Part shown: positions 1 to 9,417 of the stretch, piece by piece
How the letters are laid out: the number at the start of each line of letters is the position of its first letter
Numbering within the stretch: the first letter of the stretch is position 1
Assembly: GCA_036397255.1 (NCBI GenBank)
Contig: DASWJH010000053.1
Coordinates: 12,772-76,771, forward strand
Source: Nitrospiria bacterium
GTDB taxonomy: Bacteria; Nitrospirota; Nitrospiria; DASWJH01
Length of the DNA: 64,000 nucleotides
Direction of reading: 5' to 3'
The notes under the pieces: generated by a model
Seen by the model: only the letters and a program-made list of their open reading frames with translations
What the model was told of the DNA's origin: nothing
The model's database searches: none
Made by a program: the position numbers and the translations under genes

Positions 1-1782
1 GTGGCCGTTGAGGCTTTGGGATCCTGTACGTTTATTGCGGCTGACAAAACAGGAACTTTAACCATTAATGAACTTACCGCAAAAAAGCTTGTCTTTCCAT
101 ATCAAGAACCTTTTGAAGTTACTGGTGAGGGTATGGATCCAGAGGGATCCATCCTCCTTCCCATAGGGTGCCCACCTCAAGTAGAGACAATGGTAACACA
201 TCTTTGCCTCGCCGTAGCCCTCTGTAATGAGGGGTTTCTTGGCCGACAGGACTCGGGATGGGTTCACCATGGCGATCCTGTGGATATTGCCTTACTGGTC
301 CTCGCCCATAAAGCCAAAATTACCCAAGTGGATGTCACAGAAAAATTTCCTCAACGTGCTTCCATTCCCTTTGAATCAGAGCGTTTATTTGCCGCAAGTC
401 TCAACCAAACGGGAGGAAAAACCCAAGCATCGGTCAAAGGGGCTTTTGAACGGGTACTGCCTATGTGCACCCAGATGATAACTCCTGAAGGGCCGAAAAC
501 CATAGACACCCACCAAATAGAAGACCAAGCAATGGCATTAGCGCGAGAAGGTTACCGTGTTATTGCCGTAGCAACAGGGGACCTTTCATTAAAATCCGAT
601 GAGGTATTCTCAGAGGAACATCTCAACCATTTGATGTTAATCGGGCTGGTGGGGATGATTGATCCCCCTCGCGCTGAGGCGAAGGGCGCTTTGGCGACTT
701 GCCGCAGGGCTGGAATTGAGGTCTCAATGATCACGGGAGACCATCCTATCACTGCAATGGCGGTTGCTCGGCAGGTTGGCCTCTCCGATCAAGACAACCA
801 AGTTCGAAGCGGTCCAGAAATCAAACAGGCCAACGAGAAAGGAAAAGAGGCTTTAGACCGCTTAATTGATAAAGGCCGTGTTTTTGCCCGGGTGGAACCC
901 CAGCAAAAATTAGAAATTGTTCAGGGTCTCACCCGTCTGGGTCATTTTGTTGCGATGACCGGGGATGGTGCCAATGACGCTCCTGCCCTCCGGGCAGCCC
1001 ATGTGGGGGTTTCCATGGGAAAAAAAGGAACCGACGTCGCCCGTGAGGTCTCGGATATGATTATCACCGATGATAACTTCACTTCCATCGTCGCGGGAGT
1101 GGAGGAAGGAAGGGTGGCGTACAGCAATGTCCGAAAAGTCATTTTCCTTTTGATTTCAACAGGGGCCGCTGAAATTGTTCTATTCTTTCTTGCCTTGGCA
1201 ACGGGTTTGCCCCTCCCTCTCTTGGCGGTTCAGCTTCTTTGGTTGAATCTCGTGACTAACGGCATTCAGGACGTTGCATTGGCTTTTGAACCCGCTGAAG
1301 GGGGCGAAATGAATCGGCCCCCACGGTCACCGAAAGAACCCGTATTTAATCGTTTAATGATTGAACGGACCCTCCTTTCCGCACTGGTCATGGGGGGACT
1401 CGCCTTTGGTGTATTTCAATCATTTTTAAAAGCGGGTTGGGATATTGTAGAAGCGAGAAATGTGACTTTATTACTGATGGTTTTATTTGAGAATGTCCAT
1501 GTATTTAACAGTCGATCTGAAACACGGTCGGCATTTCGCCACAACCCTTTCCGGAACCCCCTTCTTCTCTTTGGTACAGTTGTTGCCCAATTGGTGCACA
1601 TCGGGGCCATGTATACACCAGGGCTCAAATATGTGTTAGATCTTCAACCTATTCCCTTTGGACTTTGGCTGGGACTTTTGGGAATTGCCCTCCTTCTCCT
1701 TTTGGTTATGGAGGGTCATAAAATCTTTTGGGGTTGGAGATTATCCAAAAAGTTAGATGGAACGAAACCTATGCGGCCTTAA
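1..1782 (+). CDS. P-type cation-transporting ATPase (Ca2+/Mg2+-type, P2 family), C-terminal ~593 aa; 5' end lies outside the window
   Basis: DKTGTLT phosphorylation motif at the window start. The hinge motif MTGDGANDAPAL and C-terminal TM helices are present. It is paralogous to the complete ATPase at 50386..53130. Confidence 0.9.
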   Translation: MAVEALGSCTFIAADKTGTLTINELTAKKLVFPYQEPFEVTGEGMDPEGSILLPIGCPPQVETMVTHLCLAVALCNEGFLGRQDSGWVHHGDPVDIALLVLAHKAKITQVDVTEKFPQRASIPFESERLFAASLNQTGGKTQASVKGAFERVLPMCTQMITPEGPKTIDTHQIEDQAMALAREGYRVIAVATGDLSLKSDEVFSEEHLNHLMLIGLVGMIDPPRAEAKGALATCRRAGIEVSMITGDHPITAMAVARQVGLSDQDNQVRSGPEIKQANEKGKEALDRLIDKGRVFARVEPQQKLEIVQGLTRLGHFVAMTGDGANDAPALRAAHVGVSMGKKGTDVAREVSDMIITDDNFTSIVAGVEEGRVAYSNVRKVIFLLISTGAAEIVLFFLALATGLPLPLLAVQLLWLNLVTNGIQDVALAFEPAEGGEMNRPPRSPKEPVFNRLMIERTLLSALVMGGLAFGVFQSFLKAGWDIVEARNVTLLLMVLFENVHVFNSRSETRSAFRHNPFRNPLLLFGTVVAQLVHIGAMYTPGLKYVLDLQPIPFGLWLGLLGIALLLLLVMEGHKIFWGWRLSKKLDGTKPMRP

Positions 1783-2174
1783 CATAATCTTTTCTCCAAG
1801 GCTTTTTTTACCGTCTCTTTTAATTCCTGCATTTTAAAAGGTTTGGTCATATACCGAAAGGATCCCCTTTCCATCGCTTCTACGGAAGTTTGCCAATCCC
1901 CAAAAGCGGTAATAACAATCACTGGAACATCAGGTGAAGCCTCTTTTACCACCGGAAGGAGTTCCAGCCCTCCCATCTTAGGCATTTTCATATCGGTGAT
2001 GACCAAATCAAAAGTTCCATGGGCCACCATGAGGGCCGCTTCTGCCCCGTCCTTGGCCTGGATTATTTCATAACCCTCCTCTGAAAGCTCATCCGTCAAA
2101 AGAGAACGCATTTCAGAATCATCCTCTACAACTAATATCCGCATCGGGACTTTATGGTTGGTTCCTGAACCCAT
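1779..2174 (-). CDS. Single-domain response regulator (CheY-like receiver)
   Basis: 131 aa with receiver-domain motifs (LVVEDD, conserved D in the DLVITDMKMP context, VIVITA, K in TKPF). Convergent with the ATPase, with a 4-nt overlap. Confidence 0.8.
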   Translation of the reverse strand: MGSGTNHKVPMRILVVEDDSEMRSLLTDELSEEGYEIIQAKDGAEAALMVAHGTFDLVITDMKMPKMGGLELLPVVKEASPDVPVIVITAFGDWQTSVEAMERGSFRYMTKPFKMQELKETVKKALEKRLC

Positions 2175-2488
2175 GAAAAATACACTCCCCTTCAGAGGGA
2201 TTTAAGAAAATCCATAAAATGAACAAAGGCTTAAATGACCCAAAACCCTTCGGTTATCTAGATCAGCAAAATTCAAGCCCAAAAATCCAAGCCCAATAAC
2301 AAAAATAATAAACAATAAAATTCAATAAGTTATATAAAATATTGGGACCCTATTGGTATTCATGTTTAACGCCAGAATGAGGCATTTTGCTACGCTTTAT
2401 TTCCCGTTTTTGGGTCAAAAAGCCTATTGGCTTATGAAAACCCAATAAAAAACGTTTATCTTAGGGGGAATTAATTTTCATTTTCAAA

Positions 2489-3514
2489 CTATTCTTCAGA
2501 AGAAAGCGGTTTAAAAATCTGAGGTTTCTCTGAACCACTCACTTCCAGAATTCCTAAGGCCCCTTTATCAAAGGCCCGAAAAATACTATGATCAACCAAA
2601 ATATAGCTTCCCGGAACGTCCAATTGAATTTCAACAATTGCAGCTCCTCCCGCGGGGACCAATGTGGTCTGAACATTCTCAGCAGGGGGACGTCCCACCG
2701 CACCTTCTTGATAGACCCGATCAAAAATCTCTCCGATCACATGAAAGGAAGAAACAAGGTTGGGTCCTCCATTTCCGACATATAATCGGATTTTTTCACC
2801 CACCTTTGCCTTTAGAGATTTTTCTCCTGTTAAAGAGCCCTTCCGACCGTTAAATAACACATACTCAGGTTGTTCTCTTTGTCCTTTTTCCAGTGAAAAT
2901 GCCTGGAGTCCTTTTTCACCGTGTTTTCCCTCTGTGTAAAAATCACCTTGTACGATATAAAACTCCCGATCTACCTTCGCAAGTCCCCCCGGGGGCTCAA
3001 CAAGAATTAGACCGTACATACCATTTGCAATGTGCATTGGGACATGGGGGGTTGCACAATGGTAAATGTATAACCCCGGGTTTAAGGTTTTCCATTCAAA
3101 CCGTGTTTGCGAACCTGGCGCGGTTTGGGTCACCTTGGCTCCTCCGCCTGGGCCGTTAACTGCATGAAGGTCAATGGAATGGGGAAAGGTGCTGGTTTTA
3201 TGGTTCTTCAAAGTTAATTCGATGGTATCTCCTTGCCGCACACGTATAAATGGCCCGGGGACCGTATCTCCGAATGTCCAGAACTCATACTCAACACCAT
3301 CGGCGATTAAAGATTTAAATTCCTTTGTTTCCAGTTCGACTTGAACACGAGCGGGCTTGTCCCGTTGGGTCATAGGCGGGACATTGGGAGGGTTACTTAT
3401 GCCGGCTCTTACTACCTCCCCTGCATTGGTTAAGGAATAAAAGAAAACGAAAACAATCCCAAAAATTAAAATGAACCACTTGTTGAATTCAAACATGAAA
3501 TGCCTCCTTATCAC
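2489..3514 (-). CDS. nirK: Copper-containing nitrite reductase NirK (two-domain cupredoxin), with signal peptide
   Basis: Type-1/type-2 copper ligand motifs [13 protein letters not shown] and [28 protein letters not shown]-terminal hydrophobic signal sequence. Confidence 0.85.
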   Translation of the reverse strand: MIRRHFMFEFNKWFILIFGIVFVFFYSLTNAGEVVRAGISNPPNVPPMTQRDKPARVQVELETKEFKSLIADGVEYEFWTFGDTVPGPFIRVRQGDTIELTLKNHKTSTFPHSIDLHAVNGPGGGAKVTQTAPGSQTRFEWKTLNPGLYIYHCATPHVPMHIANGMYGLILVEPPGGLAKVDREFYIVQGDFYTEGKHGEKGLQAFSLEKGQREQPEYVLFNGRKGSLTGEKSLKAKVGEKIRLYVGNGGPNLVSSFHVIGEIFDRVYQEGAVGRPPAENVQTTLVPAGGAAIVEIQLDVPGSYILVDHSIFRAFDKGALGILEVSGSEKPQIFKPLSSEE

Positions 3515-3700
3515 AGGTCAGAAAAAAAATAGGTAGGATGGGTTTATTTCCTATTGGCTTCCCTTTATTAACCCCATCTTATTTAAAGGGACCAAAATCC
3601 GAAATCCAAGGGAAAAGCTCATTAAGACACCGCCTCCGAACACCGCATACGCAAAAACAGGGAAACGCTTTGTAAACCACAAGGACCCGATATGGAAAAG

Positions 3701-4522
3701 CTAGCCTTCAAAGATAGCACTTCGAGCCAATTTATAAGCTTTGTCTGCTAAGTTTTGAATCGCATCTAACTCTTTTTTAAATTCATCCAAATGAAAACGA
3801 TGCCAAAGTTCTCCTGACTTTTTCAACCGTCCTCGGGAGTCTTCCAGAAGGGCTTTGGCCTCCTTTAATTCTCTTCCCTCTTCCTTTCCTAAATCAATCA
3901 TAAACTGTGCCAGTTCAATTTTTTTTCGGGCCTTTTCACTCTCAGCAAGGGCTTGTTTTGCGATGTCGGGAACCTCCGGTTTAATCTTCTGATCAATGTT
4001 ATGGCAAATGGTACATCGTCCTACAATTCGAAGGGGAATGACGGCTTGAATGTCCATTTGAAACCCATGGCAGGTGGTACAGGTGGGTGCAAGTCTATCT
4101 TTTTTTAGATTTTGGTAATGAAGGCCTTTTTTAAATTCCTGAAAAACGCCCGAATGACAGGAACCACAGGTTTCTGGAATATTTTTAAAATAAATTGGGC
4201 TTTTTAATTTTTTAGAAGACAACACCCCTAGATGGGCTTTGCTTTTTTTAGATTGTTGGGGATCGCCTCCATGGCATTGATCACAGGTTATGCCCTTCTC
4301 TCCATGAACCGACCCGTACCAATGAATAAACAGGTCCTGATACCAGGCGGGAAGATCCTGGATGGTCTCCACCTGTCGATGGCACTCCACACAAGAATTT
4401 GAAGCCCATGTCCAACTCGCTCCCCCAATTGGCCCCACCACAACCAACAAAAGAAAAATGGGTCTTCGTGTAATCGAGTGGGTAAAAATTGTTAAAAAGT
4501 GTTTAAGGTCCATACAGGGCAA
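3701..4522 (-). CDS. Pentaheme c-type cytochrome (5x CxxCH), membrane-anchored or secreted
   Basis: Five heme-binding motifs: CVECH, CDQCH, CGSCH, CTTCH and CTICH. N-terminal hydrophobic anchor. It lies 186 nt upstream of nirK on the same strand. Confidence 0.8.
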   Translation of the reverse strand: MPCMDLKHFLTIFTHSITRRPIFLLLVVVGPIGGASWTWASNSCVECHRQVETIQDLPAWYQDLFIHWYGSVHGEKGITCDQCHGGDPQQSKKSKAHLGVLSSKKLKSPIYFKNIPETCGSCHSGVFQEFKKGLHYQNLKKDRLAPTCTTCHGFQMDIQAVIPLRIVGRCTICHNIDQKIKPEVPDIAKQALAESEKARKKIELAQFMIDLGKEEGRELKEAKALLEDSRGRLKKSGELWHRFHLDEFKKELDAIQNLADKAYKLARSAIFEG

Positions 4523-4570
4523 GGGTCAAGTCAAAGTCATTCTGTGGTTGAAGCCTTTGAAGTATTAGAG

Positions 4571-4781
4571 GTTCCCGCAAAATCCAGTTCGTCATTCCCG
4601 AATGGTTTTATCGGGCCCGCCTGCCGGCAGGCAGGAATCCAGGATTCAAAAAATCAACATCTTCTGGATTCCCGCTCCCCGATAGAGGCATTCGAGGACA
4701 GGCTTCGCGGGAATGACGGGAAGGGCCTGGATTTCCAATTTCCCCTGCCTGCAAGTGCCCGCCGGACAGGCGGGTAATGAC
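4571..4781. repeat. MITE/REP-like palindromic element, copy A. Core 4591..4717 is bounded by the inverted repeats GTCATTCCCG / CGGGAATGAC, with degenerate flanking copies.
   Basis: Terminal inverted repeats gtcattcccg (4591-4600) and cgcgggaatgac (4706-4717). Internal 12-nt perfect palindrome cctgccggcagg. Nested inverted repeat ggaatccagg...ctggattccc. The same architecture recurs at 53168..53253. Confidence 0.55.
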
Positions 4782-4882
4782 AAAATTTACCCACTCACTT
4801 CCACGATGAGCCCAAAATAAATAGAGGCATGGAACCCCCTGGTTTGACAAAGGAATGGGGGTAGAATAAAATAAGGTTCCGT

Positions 4883-5275
4883 TTGGAGGCTCCGATGATC
4901 CCATTAGCCGTTTTGATGAGTCGACATATCCAAAAAATTCCGGAAGACGGAAGCCTTTTCGATGCGTCAAAGATCATGAGGGATATGAAAATCGGTTCCC
5001 TTTTGGTGGAACGGGATCAGGAATATGTGGGGGTTCTTAGTGAAACCGATTTGGTTCGCCGGGCATTGGCAGAAGGTGTGGATCTCAAAAAAACACGGGT
5101 CGATTCCATTATGAGTACGCCCATCATTACCATTGATATCAACAAATCCGGAATGGAGGCAAGTGAACTCATGAGTGACCATCGTATCCGGCATCTTGCG
5201 GTGACCGAACATGGTAAAATCGTGGGCGTTATTTCTGTCCGGGATCTTCTGATCTATTTTAAAAACCGCTTTTAG
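4883..5275 (+). CDS. CBS-pair domain protein
   Basis: 130 aa carrying two CBS motifs (GSLLVERDQEYVGVLSETDL; HLAVTEHGKIVGVISVRDL). Confidence 0.75.
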   Translation: MEAPMIPLAVLMSRHIQKIPEDGSLFDASKIMRDMKIGSLLVERDQEYVGVLSETDLVRRALAEGVDLKKTRVDSIMSTPIITIDINKSGMEASELMSDHRIRHLAVTEHGKIVGVISVRDLLIYFKNRF

Positions 5276-5942
5276 TTTTATCCTCCGGTCTTCTGTGGTG
5301 TTCTGCATCCTCTTCTAAGGTAATAATCTTTTTCTCAGGTTTCAAATGAATTTGTTTTAAATGAAGGGCTGTATCTGGAAAGAAAGATTCAATGAAACCG
5401 ATCAGTCCTTTCAGATACCGGTTGGACAGGATCGGGTTTTCAGAAAAAGTTTTCAAAAATGATGCTTTGGCTTCTATCACATCGGCCAAGGTTTCTTTGG
5501 CAGAGGGAGCGTCTTTCAGAAAAACATCCACCTCCTTTTTCATAAATTCTCCAAAATCTGAAAGGTTGGCGCCAGGAACATGAAGTGGGCTTAAGGACCG
5601 CCTCACAAATTCTAAACCCAAAAGGAGTTCACTATCTTGGGCGGAAGGGCGATGGTGAAAATAAGCGTAAGCGGTCATGTCCAAAAGGTTAAGAAATGTC
5701 ACTCCCTGTTTCCCAAACTTGCCTTCGAGGGTTTCCGATAGCTTTAGGCGTTCTTGAGAAAAATACTGTCCAATTTTTCCCCGCTGGTATGTCTCGTGGT
5801 TGGACAGGTAGATGCAGTCTTCAGGGCAACGAATAACGGTGATCCGAAATTCACCGCAACAGGGACTGCAGATGTTTCCCCCAAGGGCCGGACAAAAGCG
5901 TTTTCCTTTTTTTTGATGACAGTTCACACATTTCTGTGTCAT
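5259..5942 (-). CDS. Cysteine-rich hypothetical protein (putative metal-binding N-terminus)
   Basis: 227 aa. The N-terminus carries about 10 Cys within 45 aa (CVNCH...CPALGGNICSPCCGEF...CPEDC). No recognisable family. The 3' end overlaps the convergent CBS gene. Confidence 0.5.
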   Translation of the reverse strand: MTQKCVNCHQKKGKRFCPALGGNICSPCCGEFRITVIRCPEDCIYLSNHETYQRGKIGQYFSQERLKLSETLEGKFGKQGVTFLNLLDMTAYAYFHHRPSAQDSELLLGLEFVRRSLSPLHVPGANLSDFGEFMKKEVDVFLKDAPSAKETLADVIEAKASFLKTFSENPILSNRYLKGLIGFIESFFPDTALHLKQIHLKPEKKIITLEEDAEHHRRPEDKTKSGF

Positions 5943-5962
5943 AAAATTCCCGGGTGTGCAAT

Positions 5963-6484
5963 TTAAAAAATTTTTTGAGCGATCAAACTGACGCGAATGG
6001 GTTGCTCATCGGGGAGGCCTTCACGGTAGAAGAGGATTCTGAAGTCTACAAAAAGACCTAAGAGTTCGTTATGTTCAAAGCAATACTCTCTATTTTTCGG
6101 GATCCCGTGACGGAGATGCTGATCGATTAAAAAAGTTTCATAAACCAAAACCCCCCCCTTTTTTAAGGCTGATTTCATTTGGGGAATCAGATTCCTTTGA
6201 AGATAAAAAAAACAGATGACCACATTATAGTCGTTTGAGGGGAGAGTGGTTTTTTCAAGATTGACCTGTTGGGTGTTAACGGATAGGTTTTTCTCCAATG
6301 CCAAATGCCGGCACACCTCTATGGCATGGGGGTTTCGCTCCAAACCATCCACCTCAAAACCTTGTGAAGCAAGGAAAAGGGAATTTCTTCCTTCTCCCAT
6401 AGCAATGTCCAGTGCTTTTCCTTTAGGTAAAAGGGAAAGGAATTCCTTTAAAAGGGATGAGGGAACCGTTTCATGATTATGCAC
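5963..6484 (-). CDS. SAM-dependent methyltransferase (TehB/TPMT-like)
   Basis: Motif-I-like LDIAMGEGRNSLFLASQGFEVDGLERNP and a post-I acidic residue. 173 aa. Confidence 0.7.
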   Translation of the reverse strand: MHNHETVPSSLLKEFLSLLPKGKALDIAMGEGRNSLFLASQGFEVDGLERNPHAIEVCRHLALEKNLSVNTQQVNLEKTTLPSNDYNVVICFFYLQRNLIPQMKSALKKGGVLVYETFLIDQHLRHGIPKNREYCFEHNELLGLFVDFRILFYREGLPDEQPIRVSLIAQKIF

Positions 6485-6586
6485 GTATCATCCTGGGATG
6501 ATGAATTTGGGGCGGAAATGAAATGGTGTTTGGGAGGGATTAGAGATGACAGGGGTTTTTTGCATTGGGCCCTGTCATCTCAAACC

Positions 6587-6934
6587 TTAATTGCGAACGC
6601 CACTCCAAACTTTTGCAGGATCAATTTCCTTGTCTGGGTTCAGCCTTCTTGCTCTTTCCAGAAGTACATCCGTGGTTTCTGGAAAAGCCGGGTCTGAAAT
6701 ACAACAATCGGGGACCGGACAAACGGCGGCACATTGAGGCTCATCAAAGTGTCCCACACATTCTGTACATCGCTCGTGGGTGATGACATAAATATTGTCT
6801 CCCACCCCGTCTCCCTCGGTGACGGGATAACCAGCAGCTTCCGCAGCACTACGAGTCTCAAAAATCGCCTCATTTGGACATTCTGGAAGACACGCAGCGC
6901 ACGCAATACATTCATCTGTAATTTTTACCGACAT
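6587..6934 (-). CDS. 4Fe-4S ferredoxin (YfhL-like, two Cys clusters)
   Basis: CIACAACLPECP and CTECVGHFDEPQCAAVCP clusters. The start is re-assigned to ATG at 6934 (MSVKITDE...), which is preceded by an AAGGAGG RBS. The ORF-track start at 7018 would add an atypical 28-aa extension. Confidence 0.75.
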   Translation of the reverse strand: MSVKITDECIACAACLPECPNEAIFETRSAAEAAGYPVTEGDGVGDNIYVITHERCTECVGHFDEPQCAAVCPVPDCCISDPAFPETTDVLLERARRLNPDKEIDPAKVWSGVRN

Positions 6935-7090
6935 CGCTTCCTCCTTTTTTACGAAAAAGGCCTTTGGATAAAAAAAAGAAACTTCTTTTAATATACAATG
7001 GGATATGTCCCAAGTCAACTTGATTTTTTTTCAAAAAAAAGGAAGAAAAAGAACGGTGGGATTCAAGAGAAAGGCCAATAAAACAATATG

Positions 7091-7561
7091 TTAGGTATTT
7101 TGGTTCAATTTCTCCAGGACCTCTTTTGGGTGGGTTTCAACTTTAATTTTTTCGTAAATTTCTTCAATTATTCCTTTTTTATTAATGACAAAAGTGGACC
7201 GGTTTATTCCAAAGAATTTTTTTCCATACATACTTTTTTGGCCATAAACCCCATAGGTTTTGGAGACTTGTGCGTCTTTATCGCTGAGTAAAGGGAAAGA
7301 TAATTGGTATTTATTTGTGAAATTCTGGTGAGATTCAATGGAGTCCAGACTTATTCCAAAAACCACTGCATCTGTTTTTTTGAATTGATCGTTAAGATCC
7401 CGAAAACCGCAGGCCTCTTTCGTGCAACCGGGGGTATTGTCTTTGGGATAGAAGAAAAGAATTACCGATTTTTTATTTTTAAAATCCTTCAGGTGAACGG
7501 TTCCACCCTGATTTGAGGGAAGAGAAAAATCTGGAGCGTTTTGTCCTACTTTAATTTTCAT
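7091..7561 (-). CDS. bcp: Peroxiredoxin Bcp (thiol peroxidase, bacterioferritin comigratory protein)
   Basis: Peroxidatic Cys in TPGCTKEAC; 156 aa. Confidence 0.85.
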   Translation of the reverse strand: MKIKVGQNAPDFSLPSNQGGTVHLKDFKNKKSVILFFYPKDNTPGCTKEACGFRDLNDQFKKTDAVVFGISLDSIESHQNFTNKYQLSFPLLSDKDAQVSKTYGVYGQKSMYGKKFFGINRSTFVINKKGIIEEIYEKIKVETHPKEVLEKLNQNT

Positions 7562-8238
7562 AGAATTCCTGGATCCTCCTCGGATTCGAATAGTTGTCTT
7601 TTGACTTCCTTTTCGTTTTTTTCGTTATCATCCTTCATTTTAATCAGTTCCAATAAACGGCGACTTTGCTGATTAATATCCTCTGATTCTAATAGAAACT
7701 GTTTTTCAAGAGGCGTCAAGGTCAGGCATGCGCAGAGTGCATGGATCAGGGTTTCATCATCCGCCTTTTCAAGCATCGTAACCAATTGAGGGAAAGACCC
7801 CCTTGCTTTTAGATGTGTTTGGATTAACCGATCGATTTGATGACGGTTTTTTGGATTCAGAGTGGGGGTCTTTTCTGTAAAGGCCAGGGGTTTTACCCAT
7901 GCCTGTCGGTAGGGTTTATCGTGAAACTCCTCCTTAATTCTATATCGTGTTAGACCCGAAAGAATAACGTTATATCTTCCATCTTCCAAGGCTTGGTATC
8001 CGATAAGTTTGCCGATGCAACCCAACGGATGGATCCCCGGATTTTGATAATACCCTTGTTCCCACCCTTCTTTCAGAAGGGCGATCCCGAGAAGGCGGTC
8101 TCCTTTTAGAATATCCTGAACCATTTCCCGATACCTTGGTTCAAAAATATGGAGAGGAAGATGGATTTTTGGGAAAAGAACCACATTGGGAAGGGGAAAA
8201 ATAGGAATGATTTGGGGAATATAAACACGCATGAACAA
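7558..8238 (-). CDS. LON substrate-binding (Lon N-terminal) domain protein, no ATPase domain
   Basis: IFPLPNVVLFPKIHLPLHIFEPRYREM matches the LON N-domain signature. The start overlaps the bcp stop in an ATGA arrangement. Confidence 0.75.
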   Translation of the reverse strand: MFMRVYIPQIIPIFPLPNVVLFPKIHLPLHIFEPRYREMVQDILKGDRLLGIALLKEGWEQGYYQNPGIHPLGCIGKLIGYQALEDGRYNVILSGLTRYRIKEEFHDKPYRQAWVKPLAFTEKTPTLNPKNRHQIDRLIQTHLKARGSFPQLVTMLEKADDETLIHALCACLTLTPLEKQFLLESEDINQQSRRLLELIKMKDDNEKNEKEVKRQLFESEEDPGIL

Positions 8239-8277
8239 CTCCTTTTATTTTTATATAGTAGCGATTTCAGAAGGGCG

Positions 8278-8337
8278 CTGTCAACCCAATGCTTTGAATC
8301 CATTAAGGTTGACAGGGGTTGGAAGGGTTGTTATAGT
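8278..8337 (+). promoter_or_regulatory. Near-consensus sigma70 promoter for ilvE (TTGACA-17-TATAGT at 8309..8337), overlapped by a 9-bp inverted repeat (ctgtcaacc 8278-8286 / ggttgacag 8308-8316)
   Basis: Read directly from the sequence. The -35 is ttgaca, the spacer is 17 nt and the -10 is tatagt. The element lies about 45 nt upstream of the ilvE GTG start, in the divergent intergenic region shared with the Lon-N gene. Confidence 0.45.
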
Positions 8338-8381
8338 CAGACCATTGTAGGGGTTTTGGGGTTTCAAGAAAAGGAATTTTT

Positions 8382-9296
8382 GTGCTTCAGGAAACCGAAA
8401 AGATATGGATGAATGGGCAATTTGTGGATTGGAAAGAGGCAAAGGTCCATGTTTTGACCCATACGCTCCATTATGGATTGGGGGTTTTCGAAGGTATTCG
8501 GTGTTATCAGGGTGAACGAGGTCCTGCCATTTTCCGCCTAAAGGAACATGTGGAGCGGTTATTTGCCTCGGCTCATATCGCCCAAATCTCAATTCCTTTT
8601 TCTCCAAAAGAAATAGAAGATGCGATTCGGGAAACGGTCCGAGTGAATCACCTTCAAGAGTGTTATATTCGGCCATTGGTTTATATTGATTACGGGGAGA
8701 TGGGGCTTTACGTTTCGGAAAACCTTATCCGAGTTGCTATCGCTGCCTGGCCTTGGGGAACTTACCTGGGGGATGAAGGTCTGAAAAAGGGAATCCGGGC
8801 TAAGGTTTCCTCTTATACACGGCATCATGTCAATATCAGTATGACACGGGCAAAAATTACCGGTTATTATGCCAACTCGCAACTCGCTAAGAGGGAGATT
8901 AAAGCCGCAGGATTTGACGAAGCCATTCTGCTGGATCCCGATGGGTATGTTGCGGAAGGTCCAGGGGAAAATATATTTATTGTTCGTAGGGGTATTTTAA
9001 AGGCCACCGCAGTTACCTCAATTTTGGAGGGGATTACACGAGATTCTGTGTTAGAGCTTGCCAAGGAAAAGAAAATCCCTGTCCTTGAGGAACGGATTTC
9101 AAGAGATGAGCTTTATGTGGCGGACGAGGCTTTTTTTACCGGGACTGCGGCTGAAATTACCCCAATACGAGAAGTGGATAATAGGACCATCGGTTCCGGC
9201 AGACCGGGTCCCATTACACTTGAACTTCAAAAAAGTTTTTTTCAGATTGTTCAAGGAAAAGATCCCTCCCACAACCACTGGCTTTCAGTGATTTGA
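8382..9296 (+). CDS. ilvE: Branched-chain amino acid aminotransferase
   Basis: Class IV aminotransferase motifs ([24 protein letters not shown]; [10 protein letters not shown]; [10 protein letters not shown]). GTG start at 8382 preceded by AAGGAA. Confidence 0.85.
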   Translation: MLQETEKIWMNGQFVDWKEAKVHVLTHTLHYGLGVFEGIRCYQGERGPAIFRLKEHVERLFASAHIAQISIPFSPKEIEDAIRETVRVNHLQECYIRPLVYIDYGEMGLYVSENLIRVAIAAWPWGTYLGDEGLKKGIRAKVSSYTRHHVNISMTRAKITGYYANSQLAKREIKAAGFDEAILLDPDGYVAEGPGENIFIVRRGILKATAVTSILEGITRDSVLELAKEKKIPVLEERISRDELYVADEAFFTGTAAEITPIREVDNRTIGSGRPGPITLELQKSFFQIVQGKDPSHNHWLSVI

Positions 9297-9417
9297 ATTA
9301 TATTCATCCTGCTTATTTCCCGCCTTTTTTTCAATTTTTTCATATCATGTTGTTTTTCTTTAATTACCCTGAATAAAAGGGTGCCTGGAGTCGTCTAACC
9401 TGGTAAAATCATTCGGT

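Noticed and set aside
4499-4970. ORFs 4499..4777(+), 4608..4970(-) and 4795..4977(-)
   Set aside because: They lie across the MITE-like palindromic repeat. Their compositions are dominated by repeat-encoded G/P/R runs and their frames conflict, so they are not likely genes.
6935-7018. Ferredoxin start at 7018
   Set aside because: The AAGGAGG RBS and the ferredoxin-typical MSVKITDECIACAAC N-terminus favour ATG 6934.
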